Origin: Gemmatimonadota bacterium
GTDB taxonomy: Bacteria > Gemmatimonadota > Gemmatimonadetes > Longimicrobiales > Gaopeijiaceae
Length of the DNA stretch: 17,671 nt
Reading direction: 5' to 3'
Assembly: GCA_039589315.1 (NCBI GenBank)
Contig: JBDHHQ010000086.1
Location: 1-17,671 of the forward strand
Part shown: positions 1-11,061 of the stretch, piece after piece
How the letters are laid out: the number at the start of each line of letters is the position of its first letter
How positions within the stretch are numbered: the stretch's first letter is position 1
Made by a program: the position numbers and the translations under genes
Notes under the pieces: model-generated
Told to the model about the DNA's origin: nothing
The model's input: only the letters and a program-made list of their open reading frames with translations
Database searches by the model: none

Positions 1-155
1 CACCAGCGCCCCCGGACGTTGTTCTTCAGCTCGACGCCCAGCGGGCCGTAATCCCACACGGAGCCGGTGCCGCCGTAGATCTCCGAAGACTGGAAGACGA
101 AGCCGCGCCGCTTGGACAGCGACGTGATCTTGTCCATGAGGTCGTGTTCAGCCAT
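1..155 (-). CDS. glyQS: Glycine--tRNA ligase, alpha2 homodimeric type (N-terminal fragment, continues off the window)
   Basis: Manual translation from ATG at 155 gives [51 protein letters not shown], the conserved N-terminus/motif 1 of class II alpha2 GlyRS. Not in the ORF track because it is truncated. Confidence 0.95.
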   Translation of the reverse strand, partial: MAEHDLMDKITSLSKRRGFVFQSSEIYGGTGSVWDYGPLGVELKNNVRGRW

Positions 156-399
156 TTGTTCACGCTCTGTCGTGGCGGAGTGGACCGCGCCGCGGCCACC
201 CGCCGTGGGCCGTTCCGCGAGCCGGTCCCGGAACGATCGGGGAGACCTGAGGGGGTCGGGGATCGGGGATCGAGCCCAAGAACCTACACGAGTGCCGGGG
301 GGCGTACTAGTCCGGCGCGAGACCGGGTGCGTCCCATGGCAGTCGAACCCCGCAGCTTCAAGCGGGTATGACGGCGTCCAAACCCCTGGAAAGAAGGCG

Positions 400-984
400 A
401 TGCTGACGTTCACGGACCGGGCCCGCGAAGTCGTTCGAAGCTACCTGGCACAGAGTGCCGGTGAGCCCCGAGCGCTCCGTATCACGCTCCACGACGGATC
501 ACCCCTCGCCCCGCGCTACGATCTCGCGCTCGTGGCGCCCGCCGACCGCCAGGACGACGAGATCGCCGTCGCCACCCAGGACTTCACGGTGCTCGTCAGC
601 GAGGGGAGCCTGGCCCGCCTCGACGGAGCCACGGTCGACTTCGTGGAGCGGGATCACGAGAGCGGCTTCCAGATCCGGGACGTGCGGCCCGGCGCGCCGC
701 CCACGGCGGAGGGCCCCTTCGCAGACAGGGTACGTCAGGTCCTGAACGAGCGCGTCAATCCCGGCATCGCGGCGCACGGAGGCGCCATCGAGCTGGTCGC
801 CGTGGAGGGCACCGAGGTGTACATCGAGATGGGTGGCGGGTGCCAGGGCTGCGCCCTTTCCCGCATGACGCTCCGGCAGGGCGTGGAGCGCATGCTGCGG
901 GACGCCGTCCCGGAGATCACGGAGCTGCACGACGTGACGGACCACGCCGTGGGTGCCAACCCGTACTTTCCGCGAAAGGCCTGA
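400..984 (+). CDS. nfuA: Fe/S biogenesis protein NfuA (degenerate A-type carrier domain plus NifU-C domain), 194 aa
   Basis: Starts MLTFTDRA after AAGAAGG. The HesB/IscA-like N-domain lacks Cys ([10 protein letters not shown]...GF). The C-terminal [10 protein letters not shown]...MGGGCQGC...TLRQGVE...[13 protein letters not shown] carries the CxxC motif. Confidence 0.93.
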   Translation: MLTFTDRAREVVRSYLAQSAGEPRALRITLHDGSPLAPRYDLALVAPADRQDDEIAVATQDFTVLVSEGSLARLDGATVDFVERDHESGFQIRDVRPGAPPTAEGPFADRVRQVLNERVNPGIAAHGGAIELVAVEGTEVYIEMGGGCQGCALSRMTLRQGVERMLRDAVPEITELHDVTDHAVGANPYFPRKA

Positions 985-985
985 C

Positions 986-1855
986 GTGCGCCCGCGGCGA
1001 TCGTTCCGGTGGCTCGTCCTCATCGCCCTACCCGCGCTGATCGCGTGCGGCTCCGGGGCGTCGAGCCCGGACCCGGCGCTGCCGGCGCCACCCACGGTGG
1101 GCCCACCCCACGGCACGCTGGTCGCCGCCGGCGGTGGCCCCGTCCGCGGTGAGATCCTCGAGCGATTCGTCGCCCACGCCGGAGGCGCATCGGCGCGAAT
1201 CGTGGTCATTCCCACCGCCCACGACGGCGACGCCTTCTCGGATGGCTGGAAGGGACTGGCCCCGTTCAGGAAGATGGGCGCGGCGGGCGTGACGGTGCTG
1301 CACACCCGAGACCGGACGGTCGCCGAGAGCGAGGCGTTCGTGGCGCCCCTCAAGGCGGCCACCGGCGTGTGGATCTCGGGCGGCCAGCAGTGGCGCCTGG
1401 TCGACGCGTACCTGGACACCCGGACCCACCGGGAGCTGGAAGCCCTCCTCGAGCGGGGAGGCGTCGTGGGAGGTACGTCCGCCGGCGCCTCCATGCTGGC
1501 CTCGTTCCTCGTGCGCGGCGCCAAGGACGACCGGGGACGGGTCATCGCCGAGGGCTACCTCAAGGGGTTCGGTTTCATGGAAGCGGTGGCCGTGGACCAG
1601 CACCTCCTCACGCGGTACCGGCAGGCTGACCTGTTCCAGGTCCTCGGGAGACGCCCCGACATCTTGGGCATCGGCCTCGACGAGGGCGCCGCCATCGTCG
1701 TTCAGGGGGACCGCGCCGAGGTGATCGGCGAGAGCCAGGTCGCCGTGTACGGAGCCAACGACCGAGGCGACCGGCCGTACTACTTCCTCTCGCGCGGCGA
1801 CGTCTTCGACCTGGCCAGCCGGACGCGACTGAAGGTGCCCACGGTGGACCGCTGA
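986..1855 (+). CDS. Cyanophycinase-like peptidase S51 with lipoprotein signal, 289 aa
   Basis: GTG 1 nt after the nfuA stop. Signal RPRRSFRWLVLIALPALIA-C. Motifs VVIPTA, ISGGQQWRL, GGTSAGA (Ser nucleophile), VDQH and GIGLDE. Confidence 0.88.
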   Translation: MRPRRSFRWLVLIALPALIACGSGASSPDPALPAPPTVGPPHGTLVAAGGGPVRGEILERFVAHAGGASARIVVIPTAHDGDAFSDGWKGLAPFRKMGAAGVTVLHTRDRTVAESEAFVAPLKAATGVWISGGQQWRLVDAYLDTRTHRELEALLERGGVVGGTSAGASMLASFLVRGAKDDRGRVIAEGYLKGFGFMEAVAVDQHLLTRYRQADLFQVLGRRPDILGIGLDEGAAIVVQGDRAEVIGESQVAVYGANDRGDRPYYFLSRGDVFDLASRTRLKVPTVDR

Positions 1856-1865
1856 AGCCTGGGCG

Positions 1866-3158
1866 TCAACGATCCGTGGCGTCGTTCAGCGACTCCAGGT
1901 AGTCCAGCAGGAGCGAGGCCATGGTGCGCATCCCGATCGGAATGGACGCATCGTCGGCGCGGAAGTCCGGCGTGTGATGCCCTCCAGAGATCGTCCCCGG
2001 CAGGACCGTCCCCAGTCGGTAGAAGAAGCCGGGCACCTCGTTCGCGAAATACGCGAAGTCCTCTCCACCCATCGTGGGCTCGATCTCGAGCACGTTGTCC
2101 GCCCCCATCACGTCCACCAGCGTGGGCGCCATCTGCGCCGTGAGGGCGTCGTCGTTGACGGTTGCCGGCGTGCCGCGATCGTACTCCAGCTCGTAGGTAC
2201 CGCCACCCGCCTGGGTGATGCCCCCCAGGATCTCGCCCATCCGGCGCTCCACCGCGTCCCGGACGTCGGGATCGTACGTGCGGACCGTCCCCTCCATCCG
2301 AACCTCGCTGGGAATGATGTTGAAGCGCTCGCCGGCCCGGAACATGCCCACGGTGATCACGCTGGGTTGAAGAGGGTGCAAGTTGCGTGACCGGATGGTC
2401 TGGAACGCCATGACCGCCTGGGACGCCATCACGATCGGATCGACGCTGAGGTGAGGAGCGGCCCCGTGGGCCTGCTTCCCCACTACGCGGATTCGAAAGT
2501 GATCCACCGCGGCCAGCGCCGGTCCGGGCGTGTAGCCGACGCTACCCACCTCCATTTCGGAAAAGGAGTGCAGTCCGAAGATGGCCGACGGCCGTGGCCC
2601 CTCCAGAACCCCCTCGGCCACCATGAGATCTGCGCCTCCCTCCTCCCCCGGAGGAGGCCCCTCCTCCGCAGGCTGGAAGATGAACTTCACGGTTCCCGGG
2701 ATCTGCTCCCGCATGGAGGCCAGCACCGACGCCACACCCAGCTGGACCGCCGTGTGGATGTCGTGCCCGCATGCATGGGACACACCGACCTCCTGCCCGA
2801 GGTACTCGGTTCGCACCTCGGACTGGAACGGGTAGCCCGTGTTCTCGGTCACGGGGAGGGCATCCATGTCGGCACGGACCGCCACGACCCCCCCAGGACG
2901 ACCACCCCGCAGGATGCCCACCACTCCCGTGTGGGCGATCCCGGTGCGAACCTCGTCGAAGCCCAGAGCCCGGAGGTGATTCGCAACCATCTCGGCCGTC
3001 CTGAACTCCCGGTTGCCGAGCTCGGGATTCTCGTGGATCTCGTGCCGCACCTGGGTGATCTCGTCCGCGAAACGCTCCACCGCCGCGTCGACCGGCCCCG
3101 ACTGGCCGTTCAGGGGGGCTGCGAGCGCGATCACCAGTGCCATGGCGAGTCGCTTCAT
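1866..3158 (-). CDS. M20D-family amidohydrolase with Sec signal peptide, 430 aa
   Basis: Start MKRLAMALVIALAAPLNG-Q. Motifs RHEIHENPELGNREFRT, RADMDALP, HACGHD, FQPAEEG, GEDF and HHTPDF. Confidence 0.92.
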   Translation of the reverse strand: MKRLAMALVIALAAPLNGQSGPVDAAVERFADEITQVRHEIHENPELGNREFRTAEMVANHLRALGFDEVRTGIAHTGVVGILRGGRPGGVVAVRADMDALPVTENTGYPFQSEVRTEYLGQEVGVSHACGHDIHTAVQLGVASVLASMREQIPGTVKFIFQPAEEGPPPGEEGGADLMVAEGVLEGPRPSAIFGLHSFSEMEVGSVGYTPGPALAAVDHFRIRVVGKQAHGAAPHLSVDPIVMASQAVMAFQTIRSRNLHPLQPSVITVGMFRAGERFNIIPSEVRMEGTVRTYDPDVRDAVERRMGEILGGITQAGGGTYELEYDRGTPATVNDDALTAQMAPTLVDVMGADNVLEIEPTMGGEDFAYFANEVPGFFYRLGTVLPGTISGGHHTPDFRADDASIPIGMRTMASLLLDYLESLNDATDR

Positions 3159-3188
3159 GGGCTCTTCTGTCCGGTGCGAAGGGTCGTG

Positions 3189-3220
3189 AAAAAAAACAGC
3201 GGGCCCCGAAGGGCCCGCCG
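3189..3220 (-). terminator. Rho-independent terminator downstream of the 3254-3811 gene
   Basis: The minus strand reads CGGCGGGCCC-TTCG-GGGCCCGCTG-TTTTTTTT: an 8-10 bp stem, a cUUCGg tetraloop and an 8-U tract. Confidence 0.9.
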
Positions 3221-3253
3221 CACAGTCTACGATGCCGGAGCTGCCAGCGCGAT

Positions 3254-3811
3254 TCAGCCGCTCGCGGCCGTTCCCATGAGGCCGTCCAACCACATCCAGA
3301 ACTTGACGAGCACGCCGTCCAGCGTCTCTAGCCACGCGCCCGTGGCCACCCACCGCACCAGCGCGAGAGGCGTCCAGGAGATCAGCCCGAGAACGGAGAG
3401 GAGGATCCACCACACGAAGACGGCCCACAGAGCCTCCTTGAACAGCCGGTCGACGTGGATCTTCGGCCGCGCGGTGGTCGCTCCCGGAGGTGGCGTCGGC
3501 CCCGTCCGAGGCTTCAGCACGGCGGTGTACGCCATCTCGAACCCTCGCTTGTAGAAGTTGATCGCCTCCTTCAAGCCCTCCCCCGCAGGCTCGAGGCTCC
3601 CTCCAGTCATGTTCGCGTAGACGAGAGCGACGCTGAAGCCCACCATCTCCCGTACCAGTCGCGGCAGCCAGAAGACGAAGCCCACGACGCCCCACACCAG
3701 CATGAGCGAACCCAGGACTACCCAGGTCAGGACTTTGAACGCTTGGCCGATGGGGGTGTCGTCCTCGATGTCGGACGCCGACGGACTGTAGACCTCGGTC
3801 TCGTAACGCAC
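3254..3811 (-). CDS. Hypothetical integral membrane protein, about 185 aa
   Basis: Long hydrophobic segments (VLTWVVLGSLMLVWGVVGFVFWLP; ALWAVFVWWILLSVLGLISWTP). GAGGA lies 9 nt before the GTG at 3811, which favours this start over 3820. A strong terminator follows. Confidence 0.75.
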   Translation of the reverse strand: MRYETEVYSPSASDIEDDTPIGQAFKVLTWVVLGSLMLVWGVVGFVFWLPRLVREMVGFSVALVYANMTGGSLEPAGEGLKEAINFYKRGFEMAYTAVLKPRTGPTPPPGATTARPKIHVDRLFKEALWAVFVWWILLSVLGLISWTPLALVRWVATGAWLETLDGVLVKFWMWLDGLMGTAASG

Positions 3812-3890
3812 GTGATTCACTCCTCAGCGACTGCCCAAGCAAGCGAGCGACCGCACACTCGGTCCCACGGGCGGAGCGCTCGCACCACTC

Positions 3891-3920
3891 ATTATCGGTA
3901 AACATATGGCGGGTGAGCAA
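3891..3920 (-). promoter_or_regulatory. Putative sigma70-type promoter for the membrane-protein gene
   Basis: Minus strand TTGCTC-N18-GATAAT in an AT-rich patch of the divergent intergenic region. Confidence 0.4.
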
Positions 3921-3938
3921 GGATAATCGCCTTATCCT
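3920..3938. promoter_or_regulatory. Inverted repeat, candidate operator
   Basis: AGGATAA-tcgcc-TTATCCT is a perfect 7-5-7 dyad. It is AT-rich in a GC-rich background and lies between divergent genes. Confidence 0.45.
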
Positions 3939-4136
3939 GCCGCTTTGGCCTCCGCCGCGCGTCTCCAGACCGATGCGTTCTGCACGATCCGTGCCCCGGG
4001 ACGAAGCCCTGCGAGGGCTTCTCGGGGGCTCGTCCGTACATCCCGATCAGTCGACCACAAGGAGGAGGAGTTACGCGGGATTCCGGCGCGATGCCGGGAT
4101 CGCGCTCGTCGTGTTGAGAAGGCGGTCCGGGGAAGG

Positions 4137-5117
4137 ATGATTCTCGTCGTTGGCGCCACCGGCCAGCTCGGCACCGCCGTGTGCACACGGCTGGCCTCGG
4201 AAGGCTATCAGGTCAGAGCATTGGTGCGTCCGGGCTCCAGGTATCAACACCTGGGGCGGCTCGGCGTAGAGCTCATCCTGGGCGATCTACTCGACCCGGA
4301 CAGCGTCCGATCGGCCAGTCGCGACATCGATGCCGTGGTCGCCACGGCGAACGCGAGCCTGCCCCGGCAGCGGGGTTCCAGCTTCGACGCCGTGGAGGGT
4401 GACGGGTACTTCAACCTCCTGCGCGTGTGCCGGCGGCTCCAGATCGAACGGTTCGTCTTCGTGTCCGTTCCTGTCACGCCGTACGACGACCTGGTTCCTA
4501 CGTTTCGTTACAAACGACTGAACGAAGAGAGGCTTCGCCAGAGTGGCCTGCCGTACACGATCGTCCGCACCGCACCTTTCATGGACGAGTGGCTGGCGTT
4601 GCTCGGGTCCGGGCTGCCGCTCCGCGGCGAAGAGGCCCACACGCTCCGGCGTGGCTACTGGTTCTCCACCCTGTACATGGCCGTGGCCAGCAGGCTCATG
4701 GACGTCTTGGGTGTGGCTCTCGTCCCCGGACACGGCTGGACGCGTCACCCCTTCGTGGCCGTGGAGGACGTGGCCCGGTATCTGGTCGAGGCGCTGTTCC
4801 AGCCCGCAGCGGCGGACACCGTCCTCAACCTGGGCGGCCCGGAGATCCTGACGTGGAACGAAGCCGTGGACGCCTGCAGCCGAGCGCTGGGGAGGACGAT
4901 CCGGAAGGTCCACGTGCCCGCGGTCCTCTTTCGGCTTCACCAGGTGGCGCTCTCCCGCCTGGCTCCCGCGGCCTCCAACCTCATGGGACTCTCCTGGGTC
5001 CACGCGGAGTGGGCCACGCTCTACGAGCCGGCAGAGGCACGGCCCGTGTTGGACACCACCATGCTCACCACCGTCGAACAGTTCGTCCGAACCAAGGCCG
5101 CCCTCGCGGGCCGCTGA
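4137..5117 (+). CDS. NmrA-like / atypical SDR NAD(P)-binding protein, 326 aa
   Basis: MILVVGATGQLG Rossmann motif after GGAAGG. Also contains VRALVR, GDLLD, RFVFVS, YTIVR and LNLGGPEILT. Confidence 0.9.
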   Translation: MILVVGATGQLGTAVCTRLASEGYQVRALVRPGSRYQHLGRLGVELILGDLLDPDSVRSASRDIDAVVATANASLPRQRGSSFDAVEGDGYFNLLRVCRRLQIERFVFVSVPVTPYDDLVPTFRYKRLNEERLRQSGLPYTIVRTAPFMDEWLALLGSGLPLRGEEAHTLRRGYWFSTLYMAVASRLMDVLGVALVPGHGWTRHPFVAVEDVARYLVEALFQPAAADTVLNLGGPEILTWNEAVDACSRALGRTIRKVHVPAVLFRLHQVALSRLAPAASNLMGLSWVHAEWATLYEPAEARPVLDTTMLTTVEQFVRTKAALAGR

Positions 5118-6350
5118 TTACGAGGCCGTGCGAATGACCGTGCCGTTCCGGACAGCCGTCAGCAGCGGATTGCGACCCATCCAGTAGCTCAGCTCTCCGG
5201 GATGCCCCACGTCCCAGACCGCGAGGTCGGCGCGGGCGCCGACTTCGAGCGCCCCCACCTCCCCCGCCATTCCGAGCGCGCGGGCGGCGTTCCTGGTGAC
5301 CCCCGCAAGGGCCTCCTCCGGCGTCATGCGGAAAAGCGTACACGCCATGTTCAGGGCCAGCAGCAGTGATGTGAGCGGCGAGCTACCCGGGTTGGCGTCG
5401 GTGGCAATCGCCATGGGCACCCCCGTGTCCCGGAAGGTCTCCACGGGCGGAGCACGCTCCTCGCGCAGGAAGTAGTAGGCGCCTGGGAGGAGCACGGCCA
5501 CCGTTCCGGCGCCAGCCATGGCACGGGCACCCTCCGCGGAGGTGTACTCGAGGTGGTCCGCCGACCGGGCTCCGAAGCTCGCCGCCAGGGCTGCTCCTCC
5601 GGAATCGGTGAGCTGGTCCGCGTGGAGGCGGAGTCCGAGGCCGTGCTCACGGGCTGCCTCGAGCACGCGAGCGCATTCCCTTGGCGTGAAGGCGATGCCT
5701 TCGCAGAAAGCGTCCACCGCATCGGCCAGACTCTCGTGGACGGCCCGGGGGATCATCTCCTCGACGACCAGATCCAGGTAGGCCTCTCGGCGACCCAGGA
5801 ACTCCTCCGGGAGCGCATGGGCCGCCAGGAGCGTCGTCTGCACGGTCACCGGCCGCTCGCGGCCCAGGCGTCGGGCGACCCGGAGCATCTTCATCTCCGC
5901 TTCGGTCTCGAGCCCGTAGCCGGACTTGATCTCCACCGTCGTGACCCCCTCGGCCAGGAGCCCGTCGAGGCGGTGCGATGCGGCACGGTACAGGGCCTCC
6001 TCGTCCGCAGCGCGCGTGGCGCGCACCGTGGAGAGGATCCCGCCTCCCGCTCGGGCGATCTCCTCGTACGAGGCCCCCTGCAGGCGGGCCTCGAACTCCC
6101 CGGCGCGGTCGCCTCCGAAGACCAGGTGCGTGTGACAGTCCACGAGCCCGGGCGTGATCCAGGCACCCTCGACGTCGTGGACCTCGCCGGCCGCGTCCGG
6201 TCCACCGGGCAGGCTCCCCCCGGGTCCCAGCCACGCCAGGCGGCCGTCCTTCACGGCCAGCGCCCCGTTCCGGATCGCTCCATAGGGATCACCGGTGACC
6301 GTCATCGTCGCCAGGTTCGCGTTCAGCCAGACAGCATCCCAGTGGGCCAT
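5118..6350 (-). CDS. hutI: Imidazolonepropionase, 410 aa
   Basis: GGAGG RBS before MAHWDAVW. Motifs [64 protein letters not shown] and [10 protein letters not shown]. Confidence 0.97.
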   Translation of the reverse strand: MAHWDAVWLNANLATMTVTGDPYGAIRNGALAVKDGRLAWLGPGGSLPGGPDAAGEVHDVEGAWITPGLVDCHTHLVFGGDRAGEFEARLQGASYEEIARAGGGILSTVRATRAADEEALYRAASHRLDGLLAEGVTTVEIKSGYGLETEAEMKMLRVARRLGRERPVTVQTTLLAAHALPEEFLGRREAYLDLVVEEMIPRAVHESLADAVDAFCEGIAFTPRECARVLEAAREHGLGLRLHADQLTDSGGAALAASFGARSADHLEYTSAEGARAMAGAGTVAVLLPGAYYFLREERAPPVETFRDTGVPMAIATDANPGSSPLTSLLLALNMACTLFRMTPEEALAGVTRNAARALGMAGEVGALEVGARADLAVWDVGHPGELSYWMGRNPLLTAVRNGTVIRTAS

Positions 6351-6402
6351 TACGCCTCCGGTCGGGTCCGCGCGCTCGTGCGATGACGGTCGTGGCGTGG
6401 GC

Positions 6403-6408
6403 AATGTA
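6403..6408 (-). promoter_or_regulatory. Possible -10 element for hutI
   Basis: TACATT on the minus strand about 53 nt upstream of the hutI start. No clear -35. Confidence 0.3.
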
Positions 6409-6524
6409 GGGTGGTGGTGCAGAGGTCCGGTAGCCACCCCTGCGCCTTGCGCCAGCCGGGATCGGGCGCATACCTACTGGACCACGTCATCACGCGGCCC
6501 CCCGGACACGCCAGGTACTCCCCC

Positions 6525-7856
6525 ATGTCCAGCATCGTGCAGCGATGGAACGAGCGTTACTTCGAGGGCGACCTCTCGCCGACCGTGCTCGAGCTCCTCG
6601 CGCCCCTCGAAGACCAACACCCCGACGTGCAGCAGTTCGTGGACTGGGAGTGCCAGGCCATGCAGGAGGTGGGCATCGGCGCGAGGGACTTCAGCTGGCT
6701 GCTGGCGTGGGAGCTGAGCCACATCCTGCCGAAGATCCATCCCCACGCGTGGGACGGCATGGTCCCACCCATCACGCTCAAGGACCGGCACCGGAAGCTG
6801 GACGACTACCTTCGCGCCAACCAGTGGTATCAGCCCGAGTCCGGGGCGAAGCTGGTGGACCTCGGATGCGGCTTCCCCCCCCATACGACCGTGGACACGG
6901 CTCAGGCGTTTCCCCAGTGCCGAATCGTGGGCGCCGATCCCTCCTTCGGTCAGTACCTCCTGGTGGATCGGCTCGGCGACTACGCGGTCTTCGAAGACGA
7001 GGACAAGGTCCGCTACTTCCAGGCGGGCATCGTGGACACCGCCCGGTGGGAGTCGCTCACGCAAGATCCGGAAGCCACCAAGTCCCGGTTCCGTTCGCTG
7101 CTGGGCAGCATCCTGGCGGACCGCCCGGAGGCCCGAGGGACCTCGCTCCTCAACGTCGAGGCCGATGGCGTGCGCCTGACCGCCAATCCGATCCTCGAGT
7201 ACGCCGGCGACAACCTTCGCTTCATGCAGGTTGGACTGGATGACCTCGAATTGGACGGGCCTGCCGACCTGATCCGCTGCATGAACGTGCTGATCTACTT
7301 CGACCATGCGACCCGGCTGCGGGCGTTGCGGCGGGCCCATGAGCTTCTCAGGGAGGGGGGGCTCTTCCTGGCGGGCATGAACTGGGCGTTGAGCATCTAC
7401 TGCCGCTACACGACCCATCAGAAGACCGACGGCGGGATGGTGCCACGGGAGTTCGCCTTCGGCGTGGAGAATACGAGGCCGCTGGAGCTCGTCTCCTGGT
7501 ATCGACTCTACCCGGACGATCAGAACTGCCGGGCCCTCATCGAGTGCGTCCGGCTGCTGAGGCGAGATCCCGCCTTCATGGCGGAGCTCGACCCGGCCAT
7601 GGACGCCCTCCAGGAACGGAACTCGTTCTGTCCGCGGGGCGAGGACGGCTATCTGACCGGCGTCGATCCGGACACGCCCTCCGAGCACCTCCAGAACGGG
7701 TTTCGTGACATGGTCGAGGAGCTCGACGCCATGGGACTCCCGGAGAGGGCAGCCGCGAGCCTCCGCCGGGCAGGCTTGAACGCCTGGCGAAACCCGGTCG
7801 GACACGTGGCCGTGGATCCGGCCGGGCTCGAGGCCTTCATCAACGCCCCGAGCTGA
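6525..7856 (+). CDS. Class I SAM-dependent methyltransferase with CheR-like C-terminal motif, 443 aa
   Basis: Motif I KLVDLGCG...IVGAD, then DLIRCMNVLIYFD...LLREGGLFLAG, which resembles the CheR DLIFCRNVLIYFD...LxPGGxLxxG motif. The start is uncertain because there is no clear RBS. Confidence 0.75.
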   Translation: MSSIVQRWNERYFEGDLSPTVLELLAPLEDQHPDVQQFVDWECQAMQEVGIGARDFSWLLAWELSHILPKIHPHAWDGMVPPITLKDRHRKLDDYLRANQWYQPESGAKLVDLGCGFPPHTTVDTAQAFPQCRIVGADPSFGQYLLVDRLGDYAVFEDEDKVRYFQAGIVDTARWESLTQDPEATKSRFRSLLGSILADRPEARGTSLLNVEADGVRLTANPILEYAGDNLRFMQVGLDDLELDGPADLIRCMNVLIYFDHATRLRALRRAHELLREGGLFLAGMNWALSIYCRYTTHQKTDGGMVPREFAFGVENTRPLELVSWYRLYPDDQNCRALIECVRLLRRDPAFMAELDPAMDALQERNSFCPRGEDGYLTGVDPDTPSEHLQNGFRDMVEELDAMGLPERAAASLRRAGLNAWRNPVGHVAVDPAGLEAFINAPS

Positions 7857-7873
7857 CGGGTCGCCCCGGGCGC

Positions 7874-9538
<1,665 letters not shown>

Positions 9539-9540
9539 CG

Positions 9541-11061
9541 TCAACTCTCCGATGGTTGGGGTATGCAGGCCGCCACGGCCCCGCTGCGCACCAACTCCCG
9601 GACGCCCTCGATGTCGCCCGAAAAGGGGCGGTCTCCGTCCAGGGGCAGGACCTGCCGGCGGATCAAAGCGAACGCTTCTTCGACCCCCCGGCCCGCCCGC
9701 AGGGGTCGCAGATACTCGAGGGCCTGAGCGGCGGCCACCAGCTCCACGGCCAGGACGTACTCCAGGCATTCCACGGTGCGAAGGACCTTTCGCGCCGCCG
9801 CCATGCCCATGCTGACATGGTCCTCCTGATTCGCGCTCGTGGGCACCGAGTCGACGGACGCCGGGTGTGCCAGGATCCGCATCTCCCCGAGAAGGTCCAC
9901 GGCGGTGACCTGGGCGATCATGAACCCGGACTCGATGCCCGGACTCCGGGCCAGGAAGGCCGGAAGCCCGGAGAGGTCCGGATTCAGCAGGCGCTCCAGC
10001 CGCCGTTCGCTGATGGCCGCCAGGTCCGCGGCGGCGATGCACAGGAAGTCCAGCGCCTGTGAGACCACCTGCGCGTGGAAGTTACCGGCGCTCACCACGG
10101 CGCGGGCGCCCGGAAACACGAGGGGATTGTCCGTGGTGCTGTTGGCCTCGACCGAGAGAACGCCCCGCACGTAGTCCAGCACACCCCTGCTCGCCCCATG
10201 GACCTGGGGCATGCAGCGGAGGGAGTAGGCGTCCTGGACCCTGGGGTCGCCATGCCGGTGCGACTCCCGGATCTCGGAATCCTCCAGCAATGCACGTAAC
10301 CGCCGGGCGGTTGCCGCCTGTCCCGGATGCGGCCGCGCCCGGTGCACCTCCTCGCGGAAGGGCTCCGGCGTCCCCCGCAGCCCCTCGAGGCTCATGGCGC
10401 CGGCTACCTCGGCCGCTTCCAGGGCGCGCTCCGCGGCGAGCAGAGCCAGGATGCCCAGGCCGGTGGTGGCCTGCGTGCCATTGATGAGGGAAAGGCCTTC
10501 CTTCTCCACCAGCTCCAGCGGCGGCAGCCCGTGCTCGGCCAGCGCCACTCCGGTGTCGCGCGCTCCCTCCTCGGTGATGATCTGTCCTTCGCCCGTCAGC
10601 GCCAACGCCACGTGAGCGAGCGGGGCCAGGTCTCCGCTCGCACCCACCGATCCGGCCGTGGGGACCAATGGGTGGATGCCGAGGTTCAGGAACTGCAGGA
10701 GCCGGTCGACCACCACGGGCCGACAACCGGAAGTGCCCCGGGCCAGGGCGTTGGCCCGGAGCGTCATGAGCGCCCGGACCTGCGGCACGGTCATCGGCGT
10801 TCCCACGCCCGACGCGTGGCTTCGCACCAGGTTCTGCTGCAACTGACGCTGCTCGTCCGGGGCGATCACCACGTCGGCGAGGCGGCCGAAGCCGGTCGTC
10901 ACGCCGTAGATGCGCTCGCCCGATTCCAGGAGCTCCTCGATGAAGGCGCGCGCGCGGCCGACGGACGTCCGTGCGTGCTTCGTGAGGACCACCGCGGCAC
11001 CGTCGAACGCGACCCGCGCCAGGTCCTCGAGGGTCAGGGAATGACCGTCGATCTCGATCAT
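9541..11061 (-). CDS. hutH: Histidine ammonia-lyase, 506 aa
   Basis: Motifs [17 protein letters not shown] (HAL-type SH), the MIO-forming [31 protein letters not shown] and [11 protein letters not shown]. The start overlaps the upstream stop (ATGA). Confidence 0.97.
   Translation of the reverse strand: MIEIDGHSLTLEDLARVAFDGAAVVLTKHARTSVGRARAFIEELLESGERIYGVTTGFGRLADVVIAPDEQRQLQQNLVRSHASGVGTPMTVPQVRALMTLRANALARGTSGCRPVVVDRLLQFLNLGIHPLVPTAGSVGASGDLAPLAHVALALTGEGQIITEEGARDTGVALAEHGLPPLELVEKEGLSLINGTQATTGLGILALLAAERALEAAEVAGAMSLEGLRGTPEPFREEVHRARPHPGQAATARRLRALLEDSEIRESHRHGDPRVQDAYSLRCMPQVHGASRGVLDYVRGVLSVEANSTTDNPLVFPGARAVVSAGNFHAQVVSQALDFLCIAAADLAAISERRLERLLNPDLSGLPAFLARSPGIESGFMIAQVTAVDLLGEMRILAHPASVDSVPTSANQEDHVSMGMAAARKVLRTVECLEYVLAVELVAAAQALEYLRPLRAGRGVEEAFALIRRQVLPLDGDRPFSGDIEGVRELVRSGAVAACIPQPSES

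Noticed and set aside
191..201. GGGTGGCCGCG upstream of glyQS, resembling a T-box
   Set aside because: It lacks the obligatory UGGNACC bulge, and I see no Stem I motifs or terminator.
251..274. Short GGGGATC-like tandem repeat
   Set aside because: Only 2-3 imperfect 7-nt units with no spacers, so not a CRISPR or an informative repeat.
3159..3920. 254-aa N-terminal extension of the M20 ORF, and similar extensions of nfuA, the SDR, hutI, hutU, hutH and the M55 ORF
   Set aside because: The extensions cross a terminator, another gene or intergenic DNA. RBS position, signal peptides and family N-termini support the shorter starts.
6351..6524. HutC operator upstream of hutI or the hut operon
   Set aside because: I saw no TGTA-N2-TACA-type dyad by eye here or at 11868-12006, and there is no hutC in the window.
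9541..11061. HutH/HutU as ergothioneine-degrading or PAL/TAL-type variants
   Set aside because: The lyase has the canonical HAL SH motif and NQEDHVSM, HutU motifs are canonical, and hutI is nearby.
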